Source: Planctomycetaceae bacterium
GTDB taxonomy: Bacteria > Planctomycetota > Planctomycetia > Planctomycetales > Planctomycetaceae
DNA: 27,214 bases
Direction: 5' to 3'
Assembly: GCA_041984625.1 (NCBI GenBank)
Contig: JBHIXT010000003.1
Coordinates: 1-27,214, forward strand
The notes beneath the pieces were generated by a model that ran no database searches, was not told the DNA's origin, and saw only the letters and a program-made list of their open reading frames with translations. Of this stretch, positions 17,896 through 27,214 are shown piece after piece. Both the position numbers and the translations under genes were made by a program. How positions within the stretch are numbered: position 1 is the first letter of the stretch; every line of letters starts with the position of its first letter.

Positions 17896-19194
17896 ATGAA
17901 ACGTCCCGCGGCCCATGTGCTCTCGTTGCTGCTGCTGCTGTTCACGGCTGTTCCCGCCGAGGCGCAGCGCAGAGATCCGTCCGATCGCTTCTTTCAGTTT
18001 CCGGGGGTGGAGTTCTCGAAAGAGCAGCAGGCGAAGGTGGAGGAGATCCGCAAGCGGTATCTGTCGCAGTTGATGGACAATCAGCAGGCAATGAACGACC
18101 TGCTGACCGATGAGCAGCGTCAGGCGCAACGCGAAGCATACCGGGAGGCCCGGGCTGCGGGGAAAGAGGGCCGGGAACTGGGACGGGCTGTTTCTGAAGC
18201 CGTGAAGCTGACGGATAAGCAGCGCAGGCAGCGGGCGGAGATTCTGGAGCAGCGGGAAGAACTGCTGGCGAAAATCCGCGGCGAACTCTTTGAGATCCTG
18301 ACCGCTGAGCAGCGTCGCGGGCGGCGGCCGGTCCGTCGTCGCGGAGATCAGCCGGCGACTCCTCCCACACATGCCGATGTGAAATACGGACCGCACCGGC
18401 GGAACGTGATGGATGTCTGGCTGGCGGAATCGGAGAAGCCGACGCCGGTGCTGATCTCGATTCACGGCGGGGGATTCCGCGCCGGCAACAAGAGTGTCAG
18501 CGGAAGCATGCTGCGGCAATGTCTCGACTCAGGCATTTCGGTCGTGGCGATCACCTATCGCTTTTCCGCGGAGGCGATCGCACCGGCGCAGTTTCACGAT
18601 GCGGCCCGCGCTGTGCAGTTCGTGCGGCACAAGGCGAAGGAGTGGAATCTCGATCCCACGCGGATCGCCTCGAGCGGAGGTTCTGCCGGGGCGGGGCTGT
18701 CACTCTGGCTGGGCTTTCATGATGATCTGGCCGATCCCGACAACGAGGATCCGGTCCTGCGGGAATCGACCCGGCTGACGTGCATGATGGTCAGCGGCGG
18801 ACAGACTTCCTACGATCCGCGGTTCATCCGCAAACTGTTCCCGGAGCATCCGGTCTACAACCACTCTGCCCTCGCGGAGCTGTTCGACGTCGATCTCGAC
18901 AAACTGGATGATCTGCCGGAAGAGAAGTACCGGCTGTTTGAAGAAGTCTCCCCGATCACGCATCTCACGAAGGACGATCCGCCGGCACTTTTGCTGTATG
19001 GCAGTTCGGTCGATACCGAAGTCACCAACGTGAATGTCGGCATTCACCATGCCCGGTTCGGCAAGGTTCTCAAGGAGCGGATGGACGAACTGGGGATTCG
19101 CTGTGTGGTGATGGCCGGCGGCAGCCGCCTGGGAGGCGGCGACCGGGTGAATTCGATGGAATTCATGCTCCAGCAGTTCGGCATGACGGAATAG
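17896..19194 (+). CDS. Secreted alpha/beta hydrolase (HSL/BD-FAE-like esterase) with N-terminal LTxxQ helical domain (432 aa)
   Basis: Start at ATG 17896 with GAGGA RBS. Signal peptide ending AEA; FSKEQ/LTDEQ/LTDKQ/LTAEQ; HGGGF; nucleophile GGSAG; IHH near the C-terminus. Confidence 0.88.
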   Translation: MKRPAAHVLSLLLLLFTAVPAEAQRRDPSDRFFQFPGVEFSKEQQAKVEEIRKRYLSQLMDNQQAMNDLLTDEQRQAQREAYREARAAGKEGRELGRAVSEAVKLTDKQRRQRAEILEQREELLAKIRGELFEILTAEQRRGRRPVRRRGDQPATPPTHADVKYGPHRRNVMDVWLAESEKPTPVLISIHGGGFRAGNKSVSGSMLRQCLDSGISVVAITYRFSAEAIAPAQFHDAARAVQFVRHKAKEWNLDPTRIASSGGSAGAGLSLWLGFHDDLADPDNEDPVLRESTRLTCMMVSGGQTSYDPRFIRKLFPEHPVYNHSALAELFDVDLDKLDDLPEEKYRLFEEVSPITHLTKDDPPALLLYGSSVDTEVTNVNVGIHHARFGKVLKERMDELGIRCVVMAGGSRLGGGDRVNSMEFMLQQFGMTE

Positions 19195-19307
19195 ACGAAC
19201 CGTCAGAACCGCGTGCGGATCGGCGCAACGACCAGCTCACACCAGGAAGAGCAGGGCAATTCGTCCATTGAATGACTCCCCGCGCTCTCGTCCCTGTGGA
19301 AACCGAC

Positions 19308-22300
19308 ATGACGATTCTGCATACCTGTATTCTTCTGCTGATCGCCTCGGCCGGGACGTTGCCGGCTGCTGAACTCCGGTTTGCCGGTGTGCTCGGGAAT
19401 TCGGGGGAGACGGGCGACTCGCTGGTCAGTTTCGCCGGCGACCCCGCCGCCGGAATCGGGCCCGTGATCGATCGCGGGATGACGATCTGGGAACGCGGCG
19501 GAACGCGGCAGCTTAATCGGTATTCGCTGGATGGCCGGCTGCTGGCCACATTCGAGTTGCCCGGCCACAGCGACCGCAATGACCAGATGACACTCGCCGG
19601 CGACCGGATCGTCCTGCGGCTGGCGAAGTCGGTCCATGTGCTCCCGCTCGCTGCACGCTCAGGGACGACACCGCAGCGGCTCATCGGCGACGTGGAAGTG
19701 ATGTCGTCCGGAGCGGCGGATGGGCGGGTGGTGGTCTATCGCCGCAGCGACGAACAGTTGTCGTGGCTCGATACTTCCAGTGGCGAGTTGGCGAAGATCG
19801 ATTCGCCGGGCATCGGCGTGCAGTTTCTGCATGTGGACGATGAGGGGACGGTCTACGCGTTCGGCTCAGGCAAAGTGCTGGCCTGGCGGGACGGTCAGCC
19901 GGTGGATGGTTATCCGCGCGACTTCCGTGGCGAGCGTCCGCAGAAGATCCGCCGCCACTGGTTCAGCCATGGCTGGCACGGCACGATCCACCGCATGAAC
20001 GACCGCTTCGAACCCGACCCCGGCGTCGTGCTGGGCGGGGCCTCGGGTTCGTTCATCGGGTATTTGCCGCAGAGCGTTGACATCACCAACGGCCGCGGAC
20101 TGGTGCACGTGCGGAATAACACGTGGGCCGTCTCCGGCATGAACGGCACGGTGCAACTGCTGGAGTGGAACGCGGAGGAAGTCCGCTTCGAACTCGCGCG
20201 GCGGATCGGAGCGGTGGGCGCGGTGACCGGCGTGGCGATCGATGCGGTCGGCAACATCTGGACGCCCTTGGGAAGCCTGCGGTGGGAAGATTCCTGCGAA
20301 GTGCCTTTCACTCCGGGTGACAAGGAGCCGGACATTCACGCGCAGCCGGTCGTATTGAACGGCCGGACGTTGTGTGTTCTCAAGAAGCATTACCGATACA
20401 CGCAGCTTGCCAGCGGGCCGATCATCGATGCCAGCGGCTGGTCGCATTTCGAAACGAAGGGCGTGCCGGACTTCGATCTGCCGGAAACGGTGACCGGGGC
20501 AGCGATTGTCCCGGATGGCAAAGGCTGGAAGTTGATCGTCGCCGAGAATACCGGCAAGGTGTTTCAGCTCGGCATCACCGATGGCGGCCAACCCAGCGGC
20601 AAGCCGGAACCGGTCACAGTCCCCGGTCTGCAGCATTGCACCAGCATGGCGTGGTTCGACGGTCATCTGCTGGCGGCCACCGGTGGGACGGTTGCCGTGT
20701 TCGCACCGGAGGGGGATCGAGGCTGGAAGAAGACTGCGCTTGCCTCAGCTCTGCTGTCTGTTCGAGCACTAGCCGCGAAGGGCGAACTGTTCATCCACAG
20801 CGACGGTGCGAGGCTGGTGGTGAGCGATTCCGTCGATGGCACCGTCACGGTTCTTGATTCACTGAAGAACACCCTCGCCTCGCATACAGGTCTGAAATCT
20901 CCGCGTCACGTGGCAATCTCCGGCGACCGTGTCGTGGTCCATGAGTCGGGCCGGCAGCGACTGGTGAAGCTGGTGCTGACAGGCAACAGCAGTGCGGTCG
21001 CGGGTTCGTCTGTCGCTCAGTCCAATCAGGCACAGCCACTGAATGAATCGCCGCATTCCGAAGTCGATTTCCAGGAACTCGGCCGCCCCGGCGGTATCCC
21101 ATTGGCTGTTGCCGTGTCGCAGGATGACAGCGACCTGCTTGTCTCGTTGCGGACGTCGCTCGGCGGGACGGAATCCGCGCAGCTCACGCTCGGTGTGGCC
21201 GGCGGCGAGCGGGCCTTCAAGGTCACGGCAACGGCGACCGCGCGGCAGAACATCATCACCTTCCGTTTTCCCCCGGGGGACTGGTCGAGCCTGAGGCTGG
21301 CAGCAGCGATCGAACTGTCGACGCAGCGGGAACGTTTCGGCTTCCGCGATCAGCGGGCGATACACGCCCCCTTCTCCGATGACCCGGCTGACTGGGCGCG
21401 GTTCGATCTCGGCAGTTACCGCGAACTGCTGGAGGCCCGGCGACAGGAGATCCGGATCACCTTCGATCAGCCGGTCGAGGGTAAAGCGACCGTGGTCATC
21501 GAGGATGCCGATGGTCGTCGCGTGCGGAATCTCGTCTCCGGTCGCAGCTTCTCCGCCGGGCGACACACGCTGATCTGGGACGGACTCGATGAAGCCGGCA
21601 CGCTCGTCAGCCCCGGCGATTACCGCTGGCGGGGCATCACGCATCCGGGCATCGTACCGGTCTACCGCATGAACTTCGCCAACGGCGGCGAGCCGACGAC
21701 GGCCTCGTGGGGACCGAACCACAGCACGTTTCACGCGGCGGCCACCAATGGAAAGTACGTCTTCTTCGCCGCTCCCGTGACCGAGGGCGGCTGGGCTCTG
21801 GTTGCGCTGGATCAGGACGGGAACTTCGTGCAGGGCTATGAACATCAGCATGGCTACGGGATCGGTCACGATGCGATCGCCGCGGACGACAGGTACCTCT
21901 ATTGTGCTCAGGACGGCTTCTCGTGGGGCGGGACCAAAGGCGTCGATCTGACGAGCGATGACTGGAAAGCCACGTGGACCGTGACCATCGTCCGTTACGA
22001 CATCGAATCCGGCCGGATGGTGGAGTTCCCCGGCAAGCGTCGCGCGATAGACGTCGACACGATGGACGTCGGCCCCGGAGCCGGGCATCCCGATCTGAAG
22101 GACTTCAATCTCGCTGGCCTTGCCGTGCACCAGGGCCGGCTGTATGTCGGTTCGCGGGATGAGAGAGCCGTGCTGGTCCTCGATGCCGAAACCGGCGAAC
22201 GGCTGCAGAAGATCCCCGCGCCCGGGATTCGCCATCTCGCCATGGATGCGAAACGGGGAACGCTCTACGCCGCCACCGATGAGAACACCGTTGTCCGGCT

Positions 22301-24560
22301 GCCTGAGAATCGTGTTGTCGTCCGGCTCCCCGCCGACGAAACGAGGACTCCGCCCGCACCGCGGTTGTCCGGTCTGGCGGTTGCTCCCGATGGCGACATT
22401 CTCGTCTCTGATGTGCAGTCGCATCAGATCGTCCGCTTCAATCCCGACGGGAAGCGTATCGGCACGATCGGCAAGGCCGGTGGTCCGTACAAGGGAGCCT
22501 ATGATCCCGATCATATGGTGCATCCGGCTGGGCTGGTGTTCGGTCCGGATGGCCGGCTGTGGGTGACGGAGAAGCGTTGGAATCCGAAGCGGATCCTCGC
22601 GTGGGATCTCGACCGCAATCGGGTCGACTACGAGAAGTTCGGCATGCCACATTATGGCGGTGACGGATCCGGCTTCGATCCGCTCAACCCGCGCCGCTGG
22701 ATCGGGCTGGGCTGCTTCTGGGATGTGGACATTGCCAGAGGCACCGCTCGGCCGACGCATATCCTGTCGCTCGAAGAGGGGCACTTCGGCCGCTACGAAC
22801 CGCACGGATATGTGTTCTTCCGCGAAGCCGGCCGCACCTTCGTCTGCACGCGCGGCAAGATCGCCGTCATTTCGGAAGTCCTCCCCGATGGCACCCTGCA
22901 CGATCTCGCCGCTGTCGCCGGGACGCACCATTTCGGCTACGGCTGCCGCTGGGATCCCCCACAGGCCTACATCGATGCCTTCTATGCGAAGTGGCCGGAG
23001 AAGCGGGCCGGCGAGAAACCCGGCCGCAAGGGTGATGGCAAACCGTGGTCGCAGCGCGGCATGGGTGTGCTGTGGGTCGATCGCAACGGCGATGGCGAGA
23101 CTCAGCAGGAGGAGTTCGACTTCTGCGGCGATCAGATCGACTTCGGCGGCGGTGCATGGGGCCATCTGCAGACATCACTCACACTCGACATGCCGGTCGC
23201 CATCGGCGAGCAGGCGATGGTCGCCCGGATCGCACCGCGGGGCTTTCTGCCGAACGGCGTTCCCGATTATCCCACTCTCGATGAGGCGATCGCGGATGCT
23301 GTGCCGATCAATCTCACCACCGGTTATAAGCGCAGCGGGGTGGCGACGGTTCGCGACCGGTTCGGTCGGTTCATCTTCAATTCCGATCCGGAGATGAATG
23401 CGTATCAGATGCCGGAACCGGCAGCAGCGGACGGATCGGGGCTGAAGCGTTCAGAAGCCAGCGGAACGCATCTCTGGTCGTACCCGAATCAGTGGAGCGA
23501 CGTGCACGGTTCGCACAAGGCCCCACTGCCCCAACCGGGGGTGATGCAGGGGACGATGGGCATTCTCGGCCTGACGGCGTTTGATGACCGGAGCGACGTC
23601 ATCTTCCTGAACGGGAACCATGGACGATGTTTCCTGCTGACGACCGATGGGTTGTATCTGGATGAGGCGTTTGTGGATGTCCGCGTCAGCTACCTGAAGA
23701 ACGAATTCCGCCTGGGTGGCGAAATCTTCGGCGGCAGCTTCGGGCGGTCCGCGACTGATGGGAACTGTTACGTGCAGATCGGCCACGGCCCGTATCGCAT
23801 CTACGAGTTGACCGGGCTGAAGAAAGCAGAGCGAATCTCCGGTGTGGTGCAGGTCACCCGTGAGCAGATTGCCGCGGCGGAACAGCAGAACCTGCGGCGT
23901 GTGGCGGAGTCACACATCACGCGGGAAGCCACGCTGCCGGGGACCATTCGCTGGGACCGTGACGGCCGGTTCAAGGTCGAAGTGGATGCCTCCGCCGATG
24001 CGACGCATCTGCATCTGGAGTACCGCGTGCAGGACAATTCGCCGTGGACCAACAACGGTCGCGACTGGACGAAGCTGTTTGCCACGGGCGACTCGATCGA
24101 CGTGCAGTTCGCCACCGATCCCACGGCCGATCCGGCGCGCCGCAGTCCCGTTGCCGGAGACAAGCGATTGCTGGTCGCTCCCTTTGATGGCAAACCGGTC
24201 GCGGTGCTTTACGAACATCGCAAGGCCGGCGGAGAGAACCCGATCGAGTTCACATCACCCTGGCGGGGCGAGAAGGTGGATAACGTCCGGCGACTGCCGG
24301 AAGCGAAGATCGAGGTGAAAACCAGCGGCGGCGGCTATATCGTCAAGGCGTCCGTGCCGCTCAAGTCGCTCGGTCTGGATCCCCGGCCGGACGCCAGCTA
24401 CCACTTCGACTTCGGCGTCACATACGGGGACGCCGCCGGCACGGACACCAACCTGCGGTCGTACTGGTCGAACACCAGCACCGGACTGGTTGATGACATT
24501 CCCGGCGAAATCATGCTGTCGCCGAATCTGTGGGGCCGGGTGACGTTTGAACGGAACTGA
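19308..24560 (+). CDS. Large secreted multidomain protein (~1750 aa): beta-propellers, FlgD Ig-like, NHL repeats, CBM9/DOMON-like C-terminus
   Basis: Signal peptide from ATG 19308. FlgD-like [14 protein letters not shown]...LIWDGLD..G...PGDY; NHL-like [14 protein letters not shown] and [15 protein letters not shown]; Ca-loop-like [13 protein letters not shown]-terminal LHLEYRVQD...GDSIDVQF...[13 protein letters not shown]. Confidence 0.8.
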   Translation: MTILHTCILLLIASAGTLPAAELRFAGVLGNSGETGDSLVSFAGDPAAGIGPVIDRGMTIWERGGTRQLNRYSLDGRLLATFELPGHSDRNDQMTLAGDRIVLRLAKSVHVLPLAARSGTTPQRLIGDVEVMSSGAADGRVVVYRRSDEQLSWLDTSSGELAKIDSPGIGVQFLHVDDEGTVYAFGSGKVLAWRDGQPVDGYPRDFRGERPQKIRRHWFSHGWHGTIHRMNDRFEPDPGVVLGGASGSFIGYLPQSVDITNGRGLVHVRNNTWAVSGMNGTVQLLEWNAEEVRFELARRIGAVGAVTGVAIDAVGNIWTPLGSLRWEDSCEVPFTPGDKEPDIHAQPVVLNGRTLCVLKKHYRYTQLASGPIIDASGWSHFETKGVPDFDLPETVTGAAIVPDGKGWKLIVAENTGKVFQLGITDGGQPSGKPEPVTVPGLQHCTSMAWFDGHLLAATGGTVAVFAPEGDRGWKKTALASALLSVRALAAKGELFIHSDGARLVVSDSVDGTVTVLDSLKNTLASHTGLKSPRHVAISGDRVVVHESGRQRLVKLVLTGNSSAVAGSSVAQSNQAQPLNESPHSEVDFQELGRPGGIPLAVAVSQDDSDLLVSLRTSLGGTESAQLTLGVAGGERAFKVTATATARQNIITFRFPPGDWSSLRLAAAIELSTQRERFGFRDQRAIHAPFSDDPADWARFDLGSYRELLEARRQEIRITFDQPVEGKATVVIEDADGRRVRNLVSGRSFSAGRHTLIWDGLDEAGTLVSPGDYRWRGITHPGIVPVYRMNFANGGEPTTASWGPNHSTFHAAATNGKYVFFAAPVTEGGWALVALDQDGNFVQGYEHQHGYGIGHDAIAADDRYLYCAQDGFSWGGTKGVDLTSDDWKATWTVTIVRYDIESGRMVEFPGKRRAIDVDTMDVGPGAGHPDLKDFNLAGLAVHQGRLYVGSRDERAVLVLDAETGERLQKIPAPGIRHLAMDAKRGTLYAATDENTVVRLPENRVVVRLPADETRTPPAPRLSGLAVAPDGDILVSDVQSHQIVRFNPDGKRIGTIGKAGGPYKGAYDPDHMVHPAGLVFGPDGRLWVTEKRWNPKRILAWDLDRNRVDYEKFGMPHYGGDGSGFDPLNPRRWIGLGCFWDVDIARGTARPTHILSLEEGHFGRYEPHGYVFFREAGRTFVCTRGKIAVISEVLPDGTLHDLAAVAGTHHFGYGCRWDPPQAYIDAFYAKWPEKRAGEKPGRKGDGKPWSQRGMGVLWVDRNGDGETQQEEFDFCGDQIDFGGGAWGHLQTSLTLDMPVAIGEQAMVARIAPRGFLPNGVPDYPTLDEAIADAVPINLTTGYKRSGVATVRDRFGRFIFNSDPEMNAYQMPEPAAADGSGLKRSEASGTHLWSYPNQWSDVHGSHKAPLPQPGVMQGTMGILGLTAFDDRSDVIFLNGNHGRCFLLTTDGLYLDEAFVDVRVSYLKNEFRLGGEIFGGSFGRSATDGNCYVQIGHGPYRIYELTGLKKAERISGVVQVTREQIAAAEQQNLRRVAESHITREATLPGTIRWDRDGRFKVEVDASADATHLHLEYRVQDNSPWTNNGRDWTKLFATGDSIDVQFATDPTADPARRSPVAGDKRLLVAPFDGKPVAVLYEHRKAGGENPIEFTSPWRGEKVDNVRRLPEAKIEVKTSGGGYIVKASVPLKSLGLDPRPDASYHFDFGVTYGDAAGTDTNLRSYWSNTSTGLVDDIPGEIMLSPNLWGRVTFERN

Positions 24561-24639
24561 GTCGGACTTACCAGCCGAGATCCTCCGCCGGGGGCTCTTC
24601 CCGATGAACAGGAACTTCAGCACAACGAAGTGAATTGAT

Positions 24640-26130
24640 ATGAATGATCGCAATGAGCCGCACGATGGTCGACGTGACTTTCTCAGAACAGTCGCCGCGG
24701 CCGCCGTACTGGGAAAGTCCGGTCTCACGATTGCTGACGACACGGCTGCGGCCGCGCCGAAGGCGACCGCCGGTCAGCCACCGGATACCGTCCGCGGCGA
24801 GGTATTGCGGACCAGTGGTGAATTGACTGCGGACGCCTCTCAACTGCGTGAGGCTCAGCGTGAGATCCCGGTAGCCGGTCGCTCACAGGTGCTGGTGTGT
24901 GGTGGTGGTCCGGCGGGAATCGCAGCAGCGTTGGCTGCAGCCCGGGGTGGTGCGGAGGTGAGGCTGATCGAACTGGCCGGATGTCTGGGCGGGGTGTGGA
25001 CGGCCGGACTGCTCACCAAGATTCTCGATTCCAGCAACAAGAGCGGCATCATGGCCGAGCTGCTGGAACTGTTCACCCGCCGCGGCAGTGCGGTCGCCCG
25101 GGACACCAGTGGGACGGTGTATGACCCGGAAATCGCCAAGCTGGTTCTCGAGGAACTACTGATCGAGGCCAGTGTGAAAGTTCTGCTGCACACACGGGTC
25201 GTTGGAGCGGTGACCAGTGGAGACAATCGACTCACGGCGATCGTGACAGAGTCCAAGTCGGGCCGGCAGGCGTGGATTGCCGATCGGTTCATTGACTGCA
25301 CTGGCGATGGCGACCTCGCCGCTCAGGCCGGTTGCCGGTTCGATGTCGGAACCGGCAGCGACTGTACCTGTCAGCCGATGTCGATGCTGGCGCTGCTGAC
25401 CGGCGTCGATCCCGGGGCTGTCCGCGAATTCATCCGCGAGAGCGGCTCTTCGGCAAAACGGAAACTGCTGGCCTTGATGGAAGACTCCGGGATCCGGCCC
25501 TCGTACCGGGCGCCCACACTGCGGCACCTGCACAGCGGCATCTACTCGATCATGACGAATCACGAGTACGGAGTGTCGGCCTTCGACAACGAGGCGATCA
25601 CAGGAGCCACCATCCGCGCCCGTCGGGAAATACATGAGATCGTTTCCGGACTTCGAAGTCTGGGCGGACCATGGAAAGACATTGCCGTGGTCGCCACGGC
25701 CGAGCAGATCGGCGTCCGCGAAGGTCGCCGGATCCGCGGACGCTATCAGATCACAGCCGCCGATCTGGCCAGGGGACTCCGCCACGAAGAAGCCGTGTGC
25801 CGGGCAACGTTCCCGATCGACGTTCACGCGCTCTCCACAGCCGGCAATCAGGAAGTCGATCACAGCTTCCGCAAAGCCGGGCTCAAACCGTATGACATTC
25901 CCTATCCCGCCCTGGTGGCCGCCGACGTCGATGGCCTGCTGATGGCCGGTCGCTGCATCAGTGGAGACTTCGTCGCTCATTCCAGCTACCGCGTCACTGG
26001 TAACGCCGTCGCCATGGGGGAAGCGGCCGGACAGGCTGCCGCCGCATCGATCACCGCCGGTGTCCTCCCGCACCAGCTGCGCTGGGCCGACATCCAGAAC
26101 CACGTCGATGCCGAAAGTTCGGAGCGCTGA
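24640..26130 (+). CDS. Tat-exported FAD-dependent oxidoreductase (FAD_oxidored/PF12831-like)
   Basis: GRRDFLR Tat motif; VLVCGGGPAGIAAA, IDCTGDGDLA, GVREGRRIRG, YDIPY..L, LLMAGRCIS. Confidence 0.9.
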   Translation: MNDRNEPHDGRRDFLRTVAAAAVLGKSGLTIADDTAAAAPKATAGQPPDTVRGEVLRTSGELTADASQLREAQREIPVAGRSQVLVCGGGPAGIAAALAAARGGAEVRLIELAGCLGGVWTAGLLTKILDSSNKSGIMAELLELFTRRGSAVARDTSGTVYDPEIAKLVLEELLIEASVKVLLHTRVVGAVTSGDNRLTAIVTESKSGRQAWIADRFIDCTGDGDLAAQAGCRFDVGTGSDCTCQPMSMLALLTGVDPGAVREFIRESGSSAKRKLLALMEDSGIRPSYRAPTLRHLHSGIYSIMTNHEYGVSAFDNEAITGATIRARREIHEIVSGLRSLGGPWKDIAVVATAEQIGVREGRRIRGRYQITAADLARGLRHEEAVCRATFPIDVHALSTAGNQEVDHSFRKAGLKPYDIPYPALVAADVDGLLMAGRCISGDFVAHSSYRVTGNAVAMGEAAGQAAAASITAGVLPHQLRWADIQNHVDAESSER

Positions 26131-26232
26131 ACGGCCAGGCTCAGCGACATGTCCGGATCGATGGCAGGCATGATCGAACGGAACGCCGCATTGTTCGGGG
26201 TTCCGGGAAATCATGCCCGCGGTCGTTTAAGG

Positions 26233-27069
26233 TCAATTGAGCATTTTCAACGACGTCAGGAACGTCTCGGTCTTTCGCAGCGTATCGAGGTAGAGGTCGC
26301 GATCGAACATCAGATAGCCGTGCCTGCCGCCTTCATGGGCGTCCAGTTCACACCAGTTATCCGCACGGAGCATCGCGGCACGGAACGCTTCGGCACCGGC
26401 GAACGGTGTGACCTTATCGCCCGTGCCGTGGAAGATCAGCGTGGGCGGCACCTTGCCCCGTACCTGATGCACGGGGGACAGTTCCCGCCAACGCTCGCCG
26501 ATCTTCGCGCGGCCGTATCCGTTCTCTGACGTATCAATCACCGGGAACAGCAACACCAGCGCATTCGGAACGCAGGACACGTCGGCCGGTTCGCCTTCGG
26601 CATCGACACCGTCAAACAGTGCCGTACCGACGGCAACATGACCACCCGCTGAGCCTCCGCTGACCACGATCTTCGCGGGGTCAATTCCAAGCGAAGCGGC
26701 GTGGCTTCGCACGAACCGTACCGCCGATCGCGCATCCTTCACGCAGTCGAACACCGTGGTGCCCTGCTTCCTGTTCAGCAGGCGATACTGCACGCTGATG
26801 CCGACCATTCCCTGCCGGGCGAAATGCTCGGCGAATGGATACATCCGCCGCGGTTCTCCTCCAGTCCAGCCACCACCGTGGAAGATCACGAAACAGCTTC
26901 GCTGGTCGGTCGCCTTCCAGCCGTCGGGTTCAAACACATGCAGGTACAGTTCCCGGCCGCCGTCTTTCCGGTAGACAATCTTCTTCTGTGGTTCGAGTTC
27001 TGCGGCGATCCTGCCGACCGGATCGTCGCGCCGCGGCTTGCGTGACGATGACTCTCCTGCTGATGCGTG
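26233..27069 (-). CDS. Alpha/beta hydrolase (HSL/BD-FAE-like esterase); native start missing or fused to the upstream fragment
   Basis: HGGGW, GGSAGG, HGTGD, HGY. The frame stays open upstream of the track start 26937: [48 protein letters not shown], with the typical Y...L.L.VF strand. Confidence 0.88.
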   Translation of the reverse strand, partial: HASAGESSSRKPRRDDPVGRIAAELEPQKKIVYRKDGGRELYLHVFEPDGWKATDQRSCFVIFHGGGWTGGEPRRMYPFAEHFARQGMVGISVQYRLLNRKQGTTVFDCVKDARSAVRFVRSHAASLGIDPAKIVVSGGSAGGHVAVGTALFDGVDAEGEPADVSCVPNALVLLFPVIDTSENGYGRAKIGERWRELSPVHQVRGKVPPTLIFHGTGDKVTPFAGAEAFRAAMLRADNWCELDAHEGGRHGYLMFDRDLYLDTLRKTETFLTSLKMLN

Positions 27070-27213
27070 GCGGACGATGAACTCGACGATGCCCTCCTCG
27101 GCTTTTCGGCCGACGATGACCTGCAGTGGGAACCCCAGCAGGTCGAGATCCTTGAATTTCGCCCCGGGACGCAGCTTGCGGTCGTCGAGCGCGGCGTCGA
27201 TCCCGGCGGCGCG
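27070..27213 (-). CDS. proS: Prolyl-tRNA synthetase anticodon-binding domain fragment, in frame with the esterase
   Basis: Manual translation [48 protein letters not shown] matches the ProRS pattern G..V..DDR..RPG.KF.D.DL.G.P....VG.....G.VE...R. Confidence 0.85.
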
Positions 27214-27214
27214 A

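Noticed and set aside
20859..26214. ORFs 20859-23165 (-) and 25156-26214 (-)
   Set aside because: Antisense to the large secreted protein and the FAD oxidoreductase; no recognisable domains.

Overview
A GC-rich window. Its core (about 1312-27069) looks planctomycete-like, inferred from the DUF1592/DUF1552 pair, many secreted hypotheticals and GGGTGGC-ended palindromic repeats. Left core: ECF sigma factor, DUF3891-like protein carrying an apparent Fur-like winged-helix insertion, S9 peptidase, SAM methyltransferase-like protein, a cluster of REP/REPIN-like palindromes, cupin, dienelactone hydrolase, a conserved hypothetical, and a cytochrome c/PA14/DUF1592 + DUF1552 operon preceded by Pho-box-like 11-bp repeats. 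Right core (13.3-27.1 kb): a cluster of probably exported proteins, namely a frameshifted putative clan GH-A-like protein, a Kelch propeller, an LTxxQ-esterase fusion, a 1750-aa propeller/FlgD/NHL/CBM9-like protein, a Tat FAD oxidoreductase and a second esterase. Both ends show abrupt gene-in-gene junctions. At ~1312 an alphaproteobacterial-type GcvA-like LysR locus is cut and joined to a 5'-truncated ECF sigma gene. At ~27070 a prolyl-tRNA synthetase anticodon-binding fragment runs in frame into the esterase. These are most simply read or assembly chimeras but need checking. No rRNA, tRNA, CRISPR array, integrase or transposase was seen. All family assignments come from motif recognition by eye; no database search was run.
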